Source: a virus
Lineage: Duplodnaviria; Caudoviricetes
Direction: 5' to 3' (one strand)
Length of the DNA stretch: 54,814 nt
IMG/VR virus record: IMGVR_UViG_3300033146_000595
Span: 1-54,814 of that record
Below the pieces are notes generated by a model that worked only from the letters and a program-made list of their open reading frames with translations, made no database searches and was not told where the DNA came from. Positions 42,401 through 52,394 of this stretch are shown piece by piece; the first letter of the stretch is position 1, and every line of letters starts with the position of its first letter. The position numbers were made by a program, and so were the translations under genes.

Positions 42401-45272
42401 TTCTAGATTTTCAAAGTCGATAAGTAAGTCCGAAAGGGCAATACACTCATCTATAGCAATGGCGGTGGCATTAACTATACTATTAATTCCATTAAATGTT
42501 ATAGGAAATATGGCGGATGAAACCATAATAAGAGCATTGACAACGATGCTTGGGGTATTTTTGGTATTGGTGCTTATTAATAAGGTATTGGATAAACAAT
42601 TAACAAAAGCTAGAATGCAAAATATGGCAACAATGATGTGGTCGTTAATACCGTTTGCAATTGGTATGACGTTATTTGCTGGAGCATTGCTTGCACTAGG
42701 TAGTCTTCGTATGACTACGGTTGGAAAAGCTCTTTTAACAATGGTTGGTATATTCGGAATATTAGTGATAGTAAATAAAGTACTAACGAATAAATTAACA
42801 AAACCAAGAATGAAAAATATGACTAGAATGATGTTCATGCTTTATCCAATGGCTGGTGCTATGATGGCGTTCACATTCGTATTATTGGGATTGGGCAGCA
42901 TACCTTTGGTCAAACTAGCAAAGAGTTTGGGTACAATGGCTGCCATATTCGGAATGATAGTTGTAATTAATAAGGTTTCAAAGAATCAATTAACAAAACC
43001 AAGAATGAAAAATATGACTAGAATGATGTTCGCATTGATGCCGATGGCTGTTGGTATGGCCGCACTTGGGGTATCACTTGCGTTTTTAGGAAGTATGAAA
43101 TGGGAAACAATAATAAAAGGATTAGGATTATTCACATCAATGTTAGTGTTATTAGGGGCTATGTCTTATGTGGCAAATTATTTTGGCGCTACATTAGCAT
43201 TAGCGGCTCTAGGGTTTTCATTAGTGCCATTAGCATATGGTATCATGGCAATTACCGCGGCAGTAACAGCGGTTGGTTTGTTACCATTCGAGGCTATTAA
43301 AAAAGGATTGCTATCAATAGCGGCCATATTCGTAGTACTAACGGTATTAGGATACATAATACAACCAGTGGTACCGGCGTTATTAGGTGTGGCAGCGACA
43401 TTCTTTTTATTTGCAGCAGCAATGGGTATATTAGCGGCATCGTTAGCGGCTGTGGTAACAGTTGTATCAGTGTCTGGTATTGCATTTGCCGGAGCATTAT
43501 TAGCAATGGCTGCAGCTACATTAGCAGCAGTTCCAATGTTTATGGCGGCTTTATGGGTATTCGTAGAGGGATTGGCGTTAATAATAAAAAAAGCGATACC
43601 TTTAATCATAGATAATATTGTATTATTCTTCACGAAGATTTTAATAGCATTCGTCACGGTAATACCATTACTAATAGAAACACTAGTGACTCTAACAAGA
43701 GCTATAACCACCGCAATGGTGGATGTATTTCCAGAAGTGGTAACAGCATTGTTAACGTTAATGGACATTCTGTTTACAGCGCTTTATCAAAAACTTCCGG
43801 CATTAGTGTCAACATGGATAGATTATTTTATTGCTATGATGGAAATGATAACAACAAGGATACCAGACATAGAACCATCGATTAGTAAATTTATGGTGGC
43901 GTTTGTTAAAGCTATGGTAGACCATACCATAACAATGTTACCAGTACTTATTGATGCGGGTTATGATTTGATATTAGCCTTATTAGAAGGTATAGGAAAT
44001 GCTGTAGTAGAAAAAGCACCCGAGTTTAGAAAAGCAGTAGATGTATTCTGCTCCCAAATCTGGGAAGGCATGAAATCATTCTTTAAAATCGGCGAGGCAG
44101 CTACGAAGATGGGCGAATTAGTAGGATTTTTAATAGGTGGACTGAAGGCAAGTTTTAATGGCGGGACCGTAGGACTCGCGTTATACATTGCTGAATGGGC
44201 CGCGGATGTATTTGAACCATTAATAACAGAAGCTAAAACAGCAGGAAAAGATTTAGTAAACAAAATCAAAGATGGTATTAGCGACGCTTGGGAATCAAAT
44301 AAATCGTGGTTCTCAGAAAAAGCCGACAAATTACTGTTAGCATTTAAATTTACAACACTCATATTAAAAGCTGTTGGTAAAAACTTCTTAGATAACATTA
44401 AAGAAGGGGCCAGTGATGCTTGGGAGGTAGTTAACACCTGGTTCTCAGAAAAAGCGGCGGCTATTTTATTACTATTTAGCGCATTATCATCAAAGTTTAA
44501 AACACAAGGTGAGGATATGTTATATAATTTAAAATTAGGAGCGATTATTGGATGGATTGCGGTCAATGTGTGGTTTACCAATAAAGTGGCAGCTATCGGA
44601 GAATTCTTTGGAATTGATACGTTAAAACAAGCTGGTATAGATATAATGAAAGGTTTAGCCCAAGGAGTTATAGAGGGTTGGAATGCAATACCAGAATTAG
44701 TAGCAGAACTTGGTGATGGATTTGTTACCTTATGGAATGATATGTGGGGTATAGAATCACCATCGAAAGTGTTTGCTGAAATTGGTAAATATGTAGATTT
44801 AGGTCTTGCTAAAGGTATATCGGATAATACTGACGCCATTCATAAAGCAACTAGAGAAGTGGGCGATGAAGCATCCGATGGTTTAGAAAGTTCTGGATTA
44901 TCAAAAGTATTACAAGATCTAAACAAATCATTAGAAGCGGACTTCGAAAACGAGGTTGTTATACGCCCGGTCATGGATCTTTCAGAAATTCAAAATGGAA
45001 AAAATATGCTACTTAGCATGATGAAAGAGTTTGATGGATATGGTATAGCGGGATCAAATAGTATAGCAGGGTCCGCGAGAGATCAAATAAACAAAGTTGT
45101 AGCGGCGAACAGATCTAATAATCCGAGCTCAACCGTAGAAGGAAATGATACATCGGGTACGATAAACAATACATTTAATATTCAAGGGTCTAACCCTAAA
45201 GAAATAGCAGCAGAAGTTTCAAAAGTATTACAAATACAAGTGAATAGGAGAAATGCTAAATGGGCACTTTAA
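39399..45272 (+). CDS. Tape measure protein (start moved to ATG 39399)
   Basis: ~1957 aa, helical, MSKFVDERVVEM start, tape-measure N-terminal domain, long hydrophobic repeats, GIESPSKVF. Confidence 0.92.
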   Translation: MSKFVDERVVEMSFENKKFEKNVKTSMGTIDELKNSLDFSGAANTINEQLNGVNANGLTSAIMSVKQGFTAFEVSSITAIANITNRLIDMGISMVKVLSTDNIGEGWTKFGQIAISEATLLAQGIETYDGEITDILAKLTWYADETSYSLTDMVDNMSKFTASGRTLDESANAMMGIANWAALAGQNSQKASTAMYQLSQALGKGSVRWADYRSIVNANMDMKEFRKKALETGVLLGELTQDVDGMYTSMDGRTFGADQFTDSLTSQWFTSDVLLRVLNEYADGANKIYELIQQDDDINTATDAIKKYGDTIDAFSLKAFLAAQEARTFRDTIMAVQDAVSSGYMMIFTQMFGNVAEAKVLWTNLANELYNVFTKGIWKKIDVLSLWADLGGRDDLFASTEDNTGAFWNLFNAMVAIKDLIAGAWRDVFGLSDLEDYDDQVVDIAHQLKRLTERIKEFTSWLFLNKKATEDVTNIFRGLFSVFKIIGKVVIAVAKGFAPLLAVFGVLGGQTDVLGFLGDLGYQLYMFAESDAPFDAITASITRFFDYLISTYKDVKNYFDLLNSDNKWAKLAGRSIEQLTPLAQFLIPIIINLTTAFNWLKDKLVNNVYPALLKIGGFFVWFGPAIWDVMKKTGALISQWINWIQTNEKIQNGFIKLKEVLADIGAAFLIAYEAVKKFFESFSKKDTQEFEAVPENVEKSLTPLQNFIKGLVTLLEGFWAVLKAVASTVGEIFFYIGNVLSVIGTKLKEIFTGSDGALNFAKIFNMTFWAAVILGIYRFADMLRSVTAVFRDAFDSMFDYFNSKALEQYMNTIRNMAISILMMVGALLILASMDAAALKKSMIAMTALVSFIVGAIWLMKTLAAVTSSVSKSGSLFKGIKDIKSEYYNLYGVAAAFMAIGAAILLLTFSLKMISNMEPVAILKGLAVIALMLVMIISVMKLVAEKKDDERAVNKTVKSMVKVALAIALLVRPLKIIGNIDSETSKRGLINIGVLMGILALYSRFSKSISKSERAIHSSIAMAVALTILLIPLNVIGNMADETIIRALTTMLGVFLVLVLINKVLDKQLTKARMQNMATMMWSLIPFAIGMTLFAGALLALGSLRMTTVGKALLTMVGIFGILVIVNKVLTNKLTKPRMKNMTRMMFMLYPMAGAMMAFTFVLLGLGSIPLVKLAKSLGTMAAIFGMIVVINKVSKNQLTKPRMKNMTRMMFALMPMAVGMAALGVSLAFLGSMKWETIIKGLGLFTSMLVLLGAMSYVANYFGATLALAALGFSLVPLAYGIMAITAAVTAVGLLPFEAIKKGLLSIAAIFVVLTVLGYIIQPVVPALLGVAATFFLFAAAMGILAASLAAVVTVVSVSGIAFAGALLAMAAATLAAVPMFMAALWVFVEGLALIIKKAIPLIIDNIVLFFTKILIAFVTVIPLLIETLVTLTRAITTAMVDVFPEVVTALLTLMDILFTALYQKLPALVSTWIDYFIAMMEMITTRIPDIEPSISKFMVAFVKAMVDHTITMLPVLIDAGYDLILALLEGIGNAVVEKAPEFRKAVDVFCSQIWEGMKSFFKIGEAATKMGELVGFLIGGLKASFNGGTVGLALYIAEWAADVFEPLITEAKTAGKDLVNKIKDGISDAWESNKSWFSEKADKLLLAFKFTTLILKAVGKNFLDNIKEGASDAWEVVNTWFSEKAAAILLLFSALSSKFKTQGEDMLYNLKLGAIIGWIAVNVWFTNKVAAIGEFFGIDTLKQAGIDIMKGLAQGVIEGWNAIPELVAELGDGFVTLWNDMWGIESPSKVFAEIGKYVDLGLAKGISDNTDAIHKATREVGDEASDGLESSGLSKVLQDLNKSLEADFENEVVIRPVMDLSEIQNGKNMLLSMMKEFDGYGIAGSNSIAGSARDQINKVVAANRSNNPSSTVEGNDTSGTINNTFNIQGSNPKEIAAEVSKVLQIQVNRRNAKWAL
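42793..43031 (+). repeat. 44-bp exact repeat inside the tape measure gene (195-bp period)
   Basis: aattaacaaaaccaagaatgaaaaatatgactagaatgatgttc at 42793-42836 and 42988-43031. Confidence 0.9.
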
Positions 45273-46033
45273 AGTTTAATGGTGTAACCATTCTCGATAA
45301 TGATTCGACATTTACCGAACCTAAAATTGAAGGGGTTGTGATACAAACCCCTCCTCTTTATGAGTTTCCAGCAAAAAGGGTAAGTACGATTCAGATTCAG
45401 GGTCGAAATGGTGATATAATCATGGATAAAAATTCTTATGAGAATGTTTTAAGATCTTATAATATTGCATCTGTGTTTAGAGCAGGTGAAACGTTCGTAT
45501 CAAGAGCGCGTGAGCTAGTAGACTGGTTAACATCGACTAATGGATATGCCAGACTTGAAGATTCATATGAGCCTCTTTACTTTCGACTAGCGATGTATAG
45601 AGCAGGGGGGAGATTTCCAAATTACTTTGATAAAGCGACAGCTATCAAGATTGATTTTGAGTGTAAACCACAAAGATTTTTAATAACTGGAGAAACACCA
45701 GAGGACTTGGACGATGCTACATGGGTAAATATAGTAAACACTACTAATTATGTAGCGTTACCAGAGATAACTATAAATGGTGAAGATGTTAAATTAGAGT
45801 TTTCCGATACAGAAGACGGTACTATTATTTCGGACATTACTATACAAGGAGAGGTCGTTAATGGCGTGATTGATTCGGAATTACAAGACAGTTATGACGA
45901 CACGGAATACCTCAATAATAGGACAATTATGACTAATGGTTTTCCTAAACTATATCCTGGTGATAACTGGGTTAGGGTTACCTCAACAGTGTTTGCATCA
46001 GCTGTAATTAAACCTAGGACGTGGGTGTTATAA
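45260..46033 (+). CDS. Distal tail protein (Dit)
   Basis: Follows the tape measure gene; GRNGD...WL....GY.RLEDSY...F.CKPQR...FPKL.PG.N. Confidence 0.8.
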   Translation: MGTLKFNGVTILDNDSTFTEPKIEGVVIQTPPLYEFPAKRVSTIQIQGRNGDIIMDKNSYENVLRSYNIASVFRAGETFVSRARELVDWLTSTNGYARLEDSYEPLYFRLAMYRAGGRFPNYFDKATAIKIDFECKPQRFLITGETPEDLDDATWVNIVNTTNYVALPEITINGEDVKLEFSDTEDGTIISDITIQGEVVNGVIDSELQDSYDDTEYLNNRTIMTNGFPKLYPGDNWVRVTSTVFASAVIKPRTWVL

Positions 46034-49000
46034 TGATTAGAATATATGATAGTCAAGCACGAGATTTTAGCCACAATGGATTAGGAAGTCTTGATGAGGC
46101 ATTATCCGCTGTTGTTGGTGAGGAATTAAACGGCTCTTATGAAATGGAGATGGAGTATCCCATAAGTGGACGACACTTTGATAAGATACAATTACGAAAT
46201 ATTATATTCTGTAAACCAAATCCACATAATAGCGAACAACCTTTTAGAATCTATTCGATAACCAAACCATTAAATGGTGTTGTTGTAATAAGCGCGGAAC
46301 ATATTTCCTATGACACTAGTGGGGTAATAATATTACCAAAAAGAAAAACAACAACCAACACGTATATTAGGGATGGTGTAGAACCATCACACGCTGCGGA
46401 TTGGTTGTCGTTATCAGAAGGTGGTGTCGCGTTAACACCAGATAGTGAATTGATTTACATTATAAAAACGGCGAATGATTACGAGAATCTTTTATATATA
46501 TGGGATTCAGAAGGACCATTCTACACAAGAGTCGACGACTCAGTATTACATGAAATACATTCGTATGGTGTTAAAGATCATAAGGATGATAAAGATGGGT
46601 ATTTTTTAGAAACAATATTAACCGAGATTAATAATTCCGGTGCGTTACAGTCTAGAAATTATTTCGAGTTAGAGGCCCACGAATCAAAAGAAGCTGATTT
46701 TAAAGAAGAAGGGTATTCGATACCAATGCCAATGAGTCTAAGGGCTATGCTTGGCGGTAGTGATGCGTCTCTATTAACAGTATTTGAAGGCGAGTTTATA
46801 TTTGATAAATTTCTTATCACTCTTACCGAAAAAAGAGGAATTAATAGGGGTATAACAATTCGTCATGGTAAAAACTTGACGGAAATGGAACAAGAATCGG
46901 ATGGATCAAATTTATTCACAGGAGTATTCCCATTCTATTCTAAAAATTATACGGAAACACGCACGTCGATGGATCTTATATATCAACCTTGTTATATAAG
47001 AGAGGGTGTAAATCCTTTAAGGGGTGATTGGTTATCAACTAAAACGATAGATCCGGCTAATGGGATTGGTGGGATAGCAATACCACCGGTCGTAGAGACA
47101 ATATCGGTTATAATAGGAGAGTTTAATACTGTCATTGAGAAATTAGTAGCGATGCAAATAAAAACGCCGGGTGAATATTTAGATAAAATATATGCGTATA
47201 AAGAAAGTACACTGGCTAATGATTTAGTAGTGTTGGCATACGTTAAGGAAAAAGAGACGATCATCGTTGAAACCATAATTGAAGAAGAGACGATCGAGAC
47301 GAGTGTTGAAATTCCTTTATCATTAACTTCGGACGCCGATTTATTAGTGGATATAGATCCTGACTATGGTATTATTTATCTTATTAAAACTGATACGCCG
47401 GGATTATATAACAATAAATACATATATGAAAATGTAGATGGTGTTGACAAATTTGTAAAGTATGATGATGATGGTTTTTATATCGAATGTACTGATATTA
47501 ATACATTGAATGATGAACAACAAGAAGCGTTGCCATCGATATTACCACCTTGGAAAATTAAATATAGTCCATTAACAACACCTAAATGGACTGAAGACAC
47601 TGAAGACGATGGTGGCATTAGAGTAGTAAGACCGCTGAGACCAAACATTGGGACAGTGAGCGTTGATAAGTTTGTATATTTGGATTTATTATCCCCAGAA
47701 ATATTTGTACCAGAACCAGAGTCAACTTCGATATTGGAAGATGGTATAATATACGTTAATCAAACTTTAAAAGATTTACCGGTACAACGAATATTACCAT
47801 TAGATTTAACCTCGGTGTTAGATGCGATAGGTGGATTAACACCAGAGCAGATGACACAAACACATCTGTTTAATAAGGTGGAGAAGCATATGGAGGATAA
47901 TGATTACACGAGCATAAAGGAATCTATAGATATTTCATTCCTTAAATTATCAGGGAGCCCAGAATACGAACACTTAAAAGAATTAGAGGTCGTGGAGCTT
48001 GGTGATGAGGTAACGGTTATTTATGAGAAACTTGGAGTGGATACCATACATCGTGTAATATCTACAGAGTATAATGTTTTATCTGACGAGTATACAGAGA
48101 TAGAACTTGGTGATAAGAAAGAGAAAATAACGAATACCATCGTTACCACAGGAGATAATCTATCAAGTTTGAAGAATGATGTGGATTATGCGAGTAAGGA
48201 ATACATCACAAAACTCGTTGCCGATAACGCTCAAATAATAAATGTAGAGATACAAAATGCAATGATACAGAATTTAGAAGCAGTAAGCGCCGATATTTCT
48301 GGGTCGTTGAAAGCATCTATCGCTACAATAGATGCATTAATAGCAAGGTTATTTACAACCGATTATGCGGAAGTAGCGAAAGCATTAATAGCAGGAACCG
48401 TTAGAGTAAAAGGTGATTTGACACTGGATAGTGGATCAATAACCATAAACAGAACAATAGTGGGAGCTCCAATAAACGTTTATGTGTTAGACGGAGCTGA
48501 TTTATACGGATTGAATTGGTTATCAGAAGATAATATAGATCCAATAGATGTTATGGTAATCGAAACCGGAACTGTTTTCAAGGTGGTGTCCGAGGGTTTA
48601 TGGCTTGATAAATGTTATAAATGGAATGCCATACTTGGGTATTATGTGTTAGTTAGTACGTATGTGTTTTCTGTAGATAGAGATGGTAATGTTATAGCTA
48701 ACAATTTAATAATTACCGGAGGTTCTTTGGATATAGGCGATAATTTCAGAGTTACAAACGAGGGTATTTTAACAGCAAGAGGAGTAAAAGTAATCGATGG
48801 AGAAATATCGATAACCGCGGACGGTGTAGAGAGATTCGCCGTTAGTAAAAGTGGAGGGGTTAAGGCCTCGTCAATGATCGTTGATAATTTATATGCCGAT
48901 AACATATTCCCCACCAAGGTAAAGGCGAAGGATGTTATAACCGATAGGTTATATTTGAGCGCTGATAAAAAAGTATATATGGAAAGAGTAACTGGTGATA

Positions 49001-49470
49001 ATTTCGTAGAACAGACTGTGACACTAACGGGAGATCTGTTTGGTGTTGAGTTGTTGGAGGACAATATCACTTGGCATGGTTATATGAGAGCAGAGGCGTC
49101 GGTGCCGGTGTTTGAGGATAAATTATGTGAAATCGTATTAATGTATACAAATGGGGTTGGTGATATTGACTTCATGCTTAGGTCAGTCACAATATCCAAA
49201 GGAAGTACTCTTAGTAACACAGAAGAATTTTCTATAATAGCACCTCTACCATTGGGTGGAATTGTGAGAGCAAATACAGTCCCAACGTCATATGATGAAA
49301 CAAAAATAGATGGAGAAGTCTACAGCATCATCATTAATGCGAATGGTACGGAATACGATATAATAACCGGTATAGAAGCGGCCGTAAGTCCACTCGATAT
49401 ACCAGTTCAAGAAGACGAACCAGACCTAGAAGAGTATGAAGGCAATATATGGTTTAGAGTAGAAACTTAA
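46033..49470 (+). CDS. Tal-like minor tail / baseplate hub protein with inserted repeat modules
   Basis: NGLGSL...EELNG.YE.EMEYP...QPFRIY...AEHISYD; IRHGKNL; VELGDEV...IELG. Confidence 0.8.
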   Translation: MIRIYDSQARDFSHNGLGSLDEALSAVVGEELNGSYEMEMEYPISGRHFDKIQLRNIIFCKPNPHNSEQPFRIYSITKPLNGVVVISAEHISYDTSGVIILPKRKTTTNTYIRDGVEPSHAADWLSLSEGGVALTPDSELIYIIKTANDYENLLYIWDSEGPFYTRVDDSVLHEIHSYGVKDHKDDKDGYFLETILTEINNSGALQSRNYFELEAHESKEADFKEEGYSIPMPMSLRAMLGGSDASLLTVFEGEFIFDKFLITLTEKRGINRGITIRHGKNLTEMEQESDGSNLFTGVFPFYSKNYTETRTSMDLIYQPCYIREGVNPLRGDWLSTKTIDPANGIGGIAIPPVVETISVIIGEFNTVIEKLVAMQIKTPGEYLDKIYAYKESTLANDLVVLAYVKEKETIIVETIIEEETIETSVEIPLSLTSDADLLVDIDPDYGIIYLIKTDTPGLYNNKYIYENVDGVDKFVKYDDDGFYIECTDINTLNDEQQEALPSILPPWKIKYSPLTTPKWTEDTEDDGGIRVVRPLRPNIGTVSVDKFVYLDLLSPEIFVPEPESTSILEDGIIYVNQTLKDLPVQRILPLDLTSVLDAIGGLTPEQMTQTHLFNKVEKHMEDNDYTSIKESIDISFLKLSGSPEYEHLKELEVVELGDEVTVIYEKLGVDTIHRVISTEYNVLSDEYTEIELGDKKEKITNTIVTTGDNLSSLKNDVDYASKEYITKLVADNAQIINVEIQNAMIQNLEAVSADISGSLKASIATIDALIARLFTTDYAEVAKALIAGTVRVKGDLTLDSGSITINRTIVGAPINVYVLDGADLYGLNWLSEDNIDPIDVMVIETGTVFKVVSEGLWLDKCYKWNAILGYYVLVSTYVFSVDRDGNVIANNLIITGGSLDIGDNFRVTNEGILTARGVKVIDGEISITADGVERFAVSKSGGVKASSMIVDNLYADNIFPTKVKAKDVITDRLYLSADKKVYMERVTGDNFVEQTVTLTGDLFGVELLEDNITWHGYMRAEASVPVFEDKLCEIVLMYTNGVGDIDFMLRSVTISKGSTLSNTEEFSIIAPLPLGGIVRANTVPTSYDETKIDGEVYSIIINANGTEYDIITGIEAAVSPLDIPVQEDEPDLEEYEGNIWFRVET

Positions 49471-49493
49471 AAACAAAAAAGGAGAATTTAGAA

Positions 49494-49856
49494 ATGAAAT
49501 CGAAATTAGAATTTAAAAAAATGAGCAAGGACGAATTAATAGAACTATGTCACCGTGATCAATGCTTACAATCAACTATCGAGGATAAGGATAAAGAGAT
49601 CACTAAAATTAAAAACGCAGAAGCGATTAAATTTGAAAAAGAAAAAAGAACCATCGTAACAGCTGCAGAAAAAGAAAAAGAGGGACTAATAAGTCAAATG
49701 GGTTATATTGAGCATAAATCTCATATATATTTGGAGCTTGCGGAGAAAGCAATGAGTCGATATAAATCGCTTATAAAAGTACTTGAGGGATTAACCGATA
49801 CAGCAGCGGAGTTATTGGAATATTCAGAAATAATACTAGATACAAATAAAAAATGA
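49494..49856 (+). CDS. Coiled-coil hypothetical protein
   Basis: aaaggag RBS; helical and charged. Confidence 0.7.
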   Translation: MKSKLEFKKMSKDELIELCHRDQCLQSTIEDKDKEITKIKNAEAIKFEKEKRTIVTAAEKEKEGLISQMGYIEHKSHIYLELAEKAMSRYKSLIKVLEGLTDTAAELLEYSEIILDTNKK

Positions 49857-49869
49857 AGGAGTGATTTAA

Positions 49870-50808
49870 ATGGGCGACGTAAAGATTAGTCTTAGGAAGA
49901 GGGGCGTGAGCGACTTTCTAACAACTGGTGACAGATTGTTACCAGTTACCAAACCAGAATATGTTTTGGGGCTATTGGGACCTGATGGTAAATTAGCGGA
50001 TCAATACGCTCCTGCGACCGCTTTAGAAGGAGCCAATTATATTGGAATTGCCGATCTAAATGAGGTTGGGACGATATCGATCGGTGATTTATATGCTAGT
50101 GAGTTTGGTAGCACGGTGGATCCAAGCACGGCTGGTTCATATTTAAAAGTGACCTCTGCGGGTAACTTGGAAAATAATACCGATCCTGGAGACCATTCGA
50201 TATTTGGTCCTGGTGATGAAGGGGATATTACATTCCCTATACATTTAGAAGTCGGAGATTACATCATACTTAAAAGTGTAAATGCGGGTGGTGAGTGTGA
50301 GTGGGCTATTAGAAATAATAGTTACGAGATAGCCACAGTGGTTAAATATGGTGTTACCAAATTATATGCCGGGATCGATAGTGTATCTGATGTATTGGCG
50401 GCTACCGCTGGTGCTATGAAAACTACGTACGACTTGGCGAACAGTAAAGAAGATGCTATTGGAACTAAAGGTTCGGCATTTAATAAATCGTTTGGTTCAG
50501 GTGCTGGGCAAGTATCTGAGGGTAATCATCGACATGCTAGTTTCGATAGAGCGGCTGGTAATGTAGGCGGTAATGTTATATCAGACATAACAATCACCAA
50601 TGGTGTTGTAACAGCCTTATCATGGGTTAGTATAGGTAGTATAGCATTTTTAGATAATGCGCTTAGCGACATTGATGATGGGATGGTACTGATAGATGAA
50701 CAATCACTTGATGCGAAAAAACAAGGGATGGAATACTATACTACAGTATCGAATGCAGATGGTGGAAACCACAACGCCGGAGACATCGTTGCAGTATTAG
50801 AAGCGTAA
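49870..50808 (+). CDS. Tail fibre-like protein
   Basis: AT...YGVTKL...S.VLAAT..A.KT.YDLA fibre repeat; FGSGAGQVSEGNH.H. Confidence 0.7.
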   Translation: MGDVKISLRKRGVSDFLTTGDRLLPVTKPEYVLGLLGPDGKLADQYAPATALEGANYIGIADLNEVGTISIGDLYASEFGSTVDPSTAGSYLKVTSAGNLENNTDPGDHSIFGPGDEGDITFPIHLEVGDYIILKSVNAGGECEWAIRNNSYEIATVVKYGVTKLYAGIDSVSDVLAATAGAMKTTYDLANSKEDAIGTKGSAFNKSFGSGAGQVSEGNHRHASFDRAAGNVGGNVISDITITNGVVTALSWVSIGSIAFLDNALSDIDDGMVLIDEQSLDAKKQGMEYYTTVSNADGGNHNAGDIVAVLEA

Positions 50809-51645
50809 TGGGTGTATAATCATGAGTGTTAAAAAAATTAGTTTAAGAAAAAGAGGAGCGTCTTTTGCCGGGGGAGACACATTATATCCAGTTACAAGTT
50901 GGAATTTTTTAGTGGATAGACCGGCGTCATATAATCCAGCAGCGCATACACATGTTAAAGCCAATATAACCGATTTTCCAACATCGATGCCAGCGAGCGA
51001 TGTTTATGCATGGGCTAAAGCGGCATCAAAACCAGCGTACACGCCTGGTGAAATAGGCACCAAAACATCAGCAGAAATTACAGCAGAAATATCAGCGGCA
51101 ATAAACGCGTTAATTGGTGGGGCTCCTGGAGCTTTAAATACTTTAAACGAGTTAGCTGCTGCTATGGCGGACGATGCAGCATTCGCCGCCACTATTACAT
51201 CGGCTTTAGCCGGTAAGATGAATACATCACACCCTGCTAATAACATAACATCAACCCATTTGTATATGGCAAATGGCGATGGTTTTGTATGGGATGATAC
51301 AGGTAATATAATGTACGTTCGCAAGGATGGTACAGATTATATAATAAGAGATTCTGGGAATTTTGTGGCTGGAGTCGGAGCATCAAATTGGTGTGCGGGC
51401 AATGATAATCGATTAAGTAATGAAAGAAATGCGGCCGATGTGTCTGCATGGGCTAAAGCGGCAGTGAAGCCGAGTTATACATGGTCAGAAATAAACAGCA
51501 AACCATCGACATTTCCACCAGCAACACATCAACATGCTAGTTTCGATAGAGCGGCTGGTAATGTAGGCGGTAATGTTATATCAGACATAACAATCACCAA
51601 TGGTGTTGTAACAGCCTTATCATGGGTTAGTATAGGTAGTATAGC
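50532..51645 (+). repeat. Exact 114-bp direct repeat (50532-50645 = 51532-51645)
   Basis: acatgctagtttcgatag...ggtagtatagc identical, 1000 bp apart, in adjacent fibre genes. Confidence 0.95.
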
Positions 51646-51950
51646 TTTCTAAGAGCTCTGGATTTAACAAAGTAATGGGCACAGGTGCCGGTCAAGTTGC
51701 GGAAGGTAATCACTCACATAGTTTTGATAACTATAATGGATGGGACCTACAAGCAAATGGTGGCACAGTGAATAGAATAACCTCTGGTGAGAACGTGAAC
51801 TTTGTAGAAAGTACTGGTATAGACATAGCGTTATCGGGGGGTACAATTACTATATCACAAAAAGCATCGACTAGTACTGTATTTGGTGGCCTTAAATCAA
51901 GAGTAAGTGGGACTACTTTATATTTACGTAATGATGGAAGTAATGCATAA
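50822..51950 (+). CDS. Tail fibre protein split by a +1 frameshift at ~51647 (ORFs 50822-51652 and 51675-51950)
   Basis: HTH.KA.ITDFP, DVYAWAKA..KP.Y and GAPGALNTLNELAAA fibre motifs; the +1 frame continues SKSSGFNKVMGTGAGQVAEGNH, paralogous to the intact 49870 gene. Confidence 0.65.
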
Positions 51951-52393
51951 TGGGTTTTAATTTCAACGGATCCGATATGGATGATATATATTTTAATGGT
52001 ACTAAAATGGAAAAAGTGTATTTCAATGGGACATTAAAATTCGAGGAACATGTTGATATAGGATGTTCCCCAAATAGCATTAGTGTTATAGAATCATCAC
52101 CGTATACTACCGCCGAGATTACTTGTGATAAGGCGGGGGATATATACGTTGAAGATAGCAATGGTCCAAACCCAGAGTACCAAATAGAATGGTATAAGAA
52201 TGGAACGGGTCAAGGATACCTAATAGCATGGAATGGTTCCTCATATGATCTCGGTCCAGATACGATAACTGTTGCTGCAGGTGATAAAATTAAATTTAGA
52301 GTCACGGTGGTTGGTGCTTTTGCCGGTTGGCGAATGAGAGATACAGACCCTAGTGGTAATATTATATTTTCGGGATACGTGGAGAAAGTTTAA
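51950..52393 (+). CDS. Putative tail-tip/receptor-binding accessory protein
   Basis: FNG..M..IYFNG..M.KVYFNG N-terminus and beta-rich domain. Confidence 0.55.
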   Translation: MGFNFNGSDMDDIYFNGTKMEKVYFNGTLKFEEHVDIGCSPNSISVIESSPYTTAEITCDKAGDIYVEDSNGPNPEYQIEWYKNGTGQGYLIAWNGSSYDLGPDTITVAAGDKIKFRVTVVGAFAGWRMRDTDPSGNIIFSGYVEKV

Positions 52394-52394
52394 A

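Noticed and set aside
50532-51645. 114-bp repeat as a diversity-generating retroelement TR/VR pair
   Set aside because: The copies are identical with no adenine-specific mismatches, and no reverse transcriptase is encoded.
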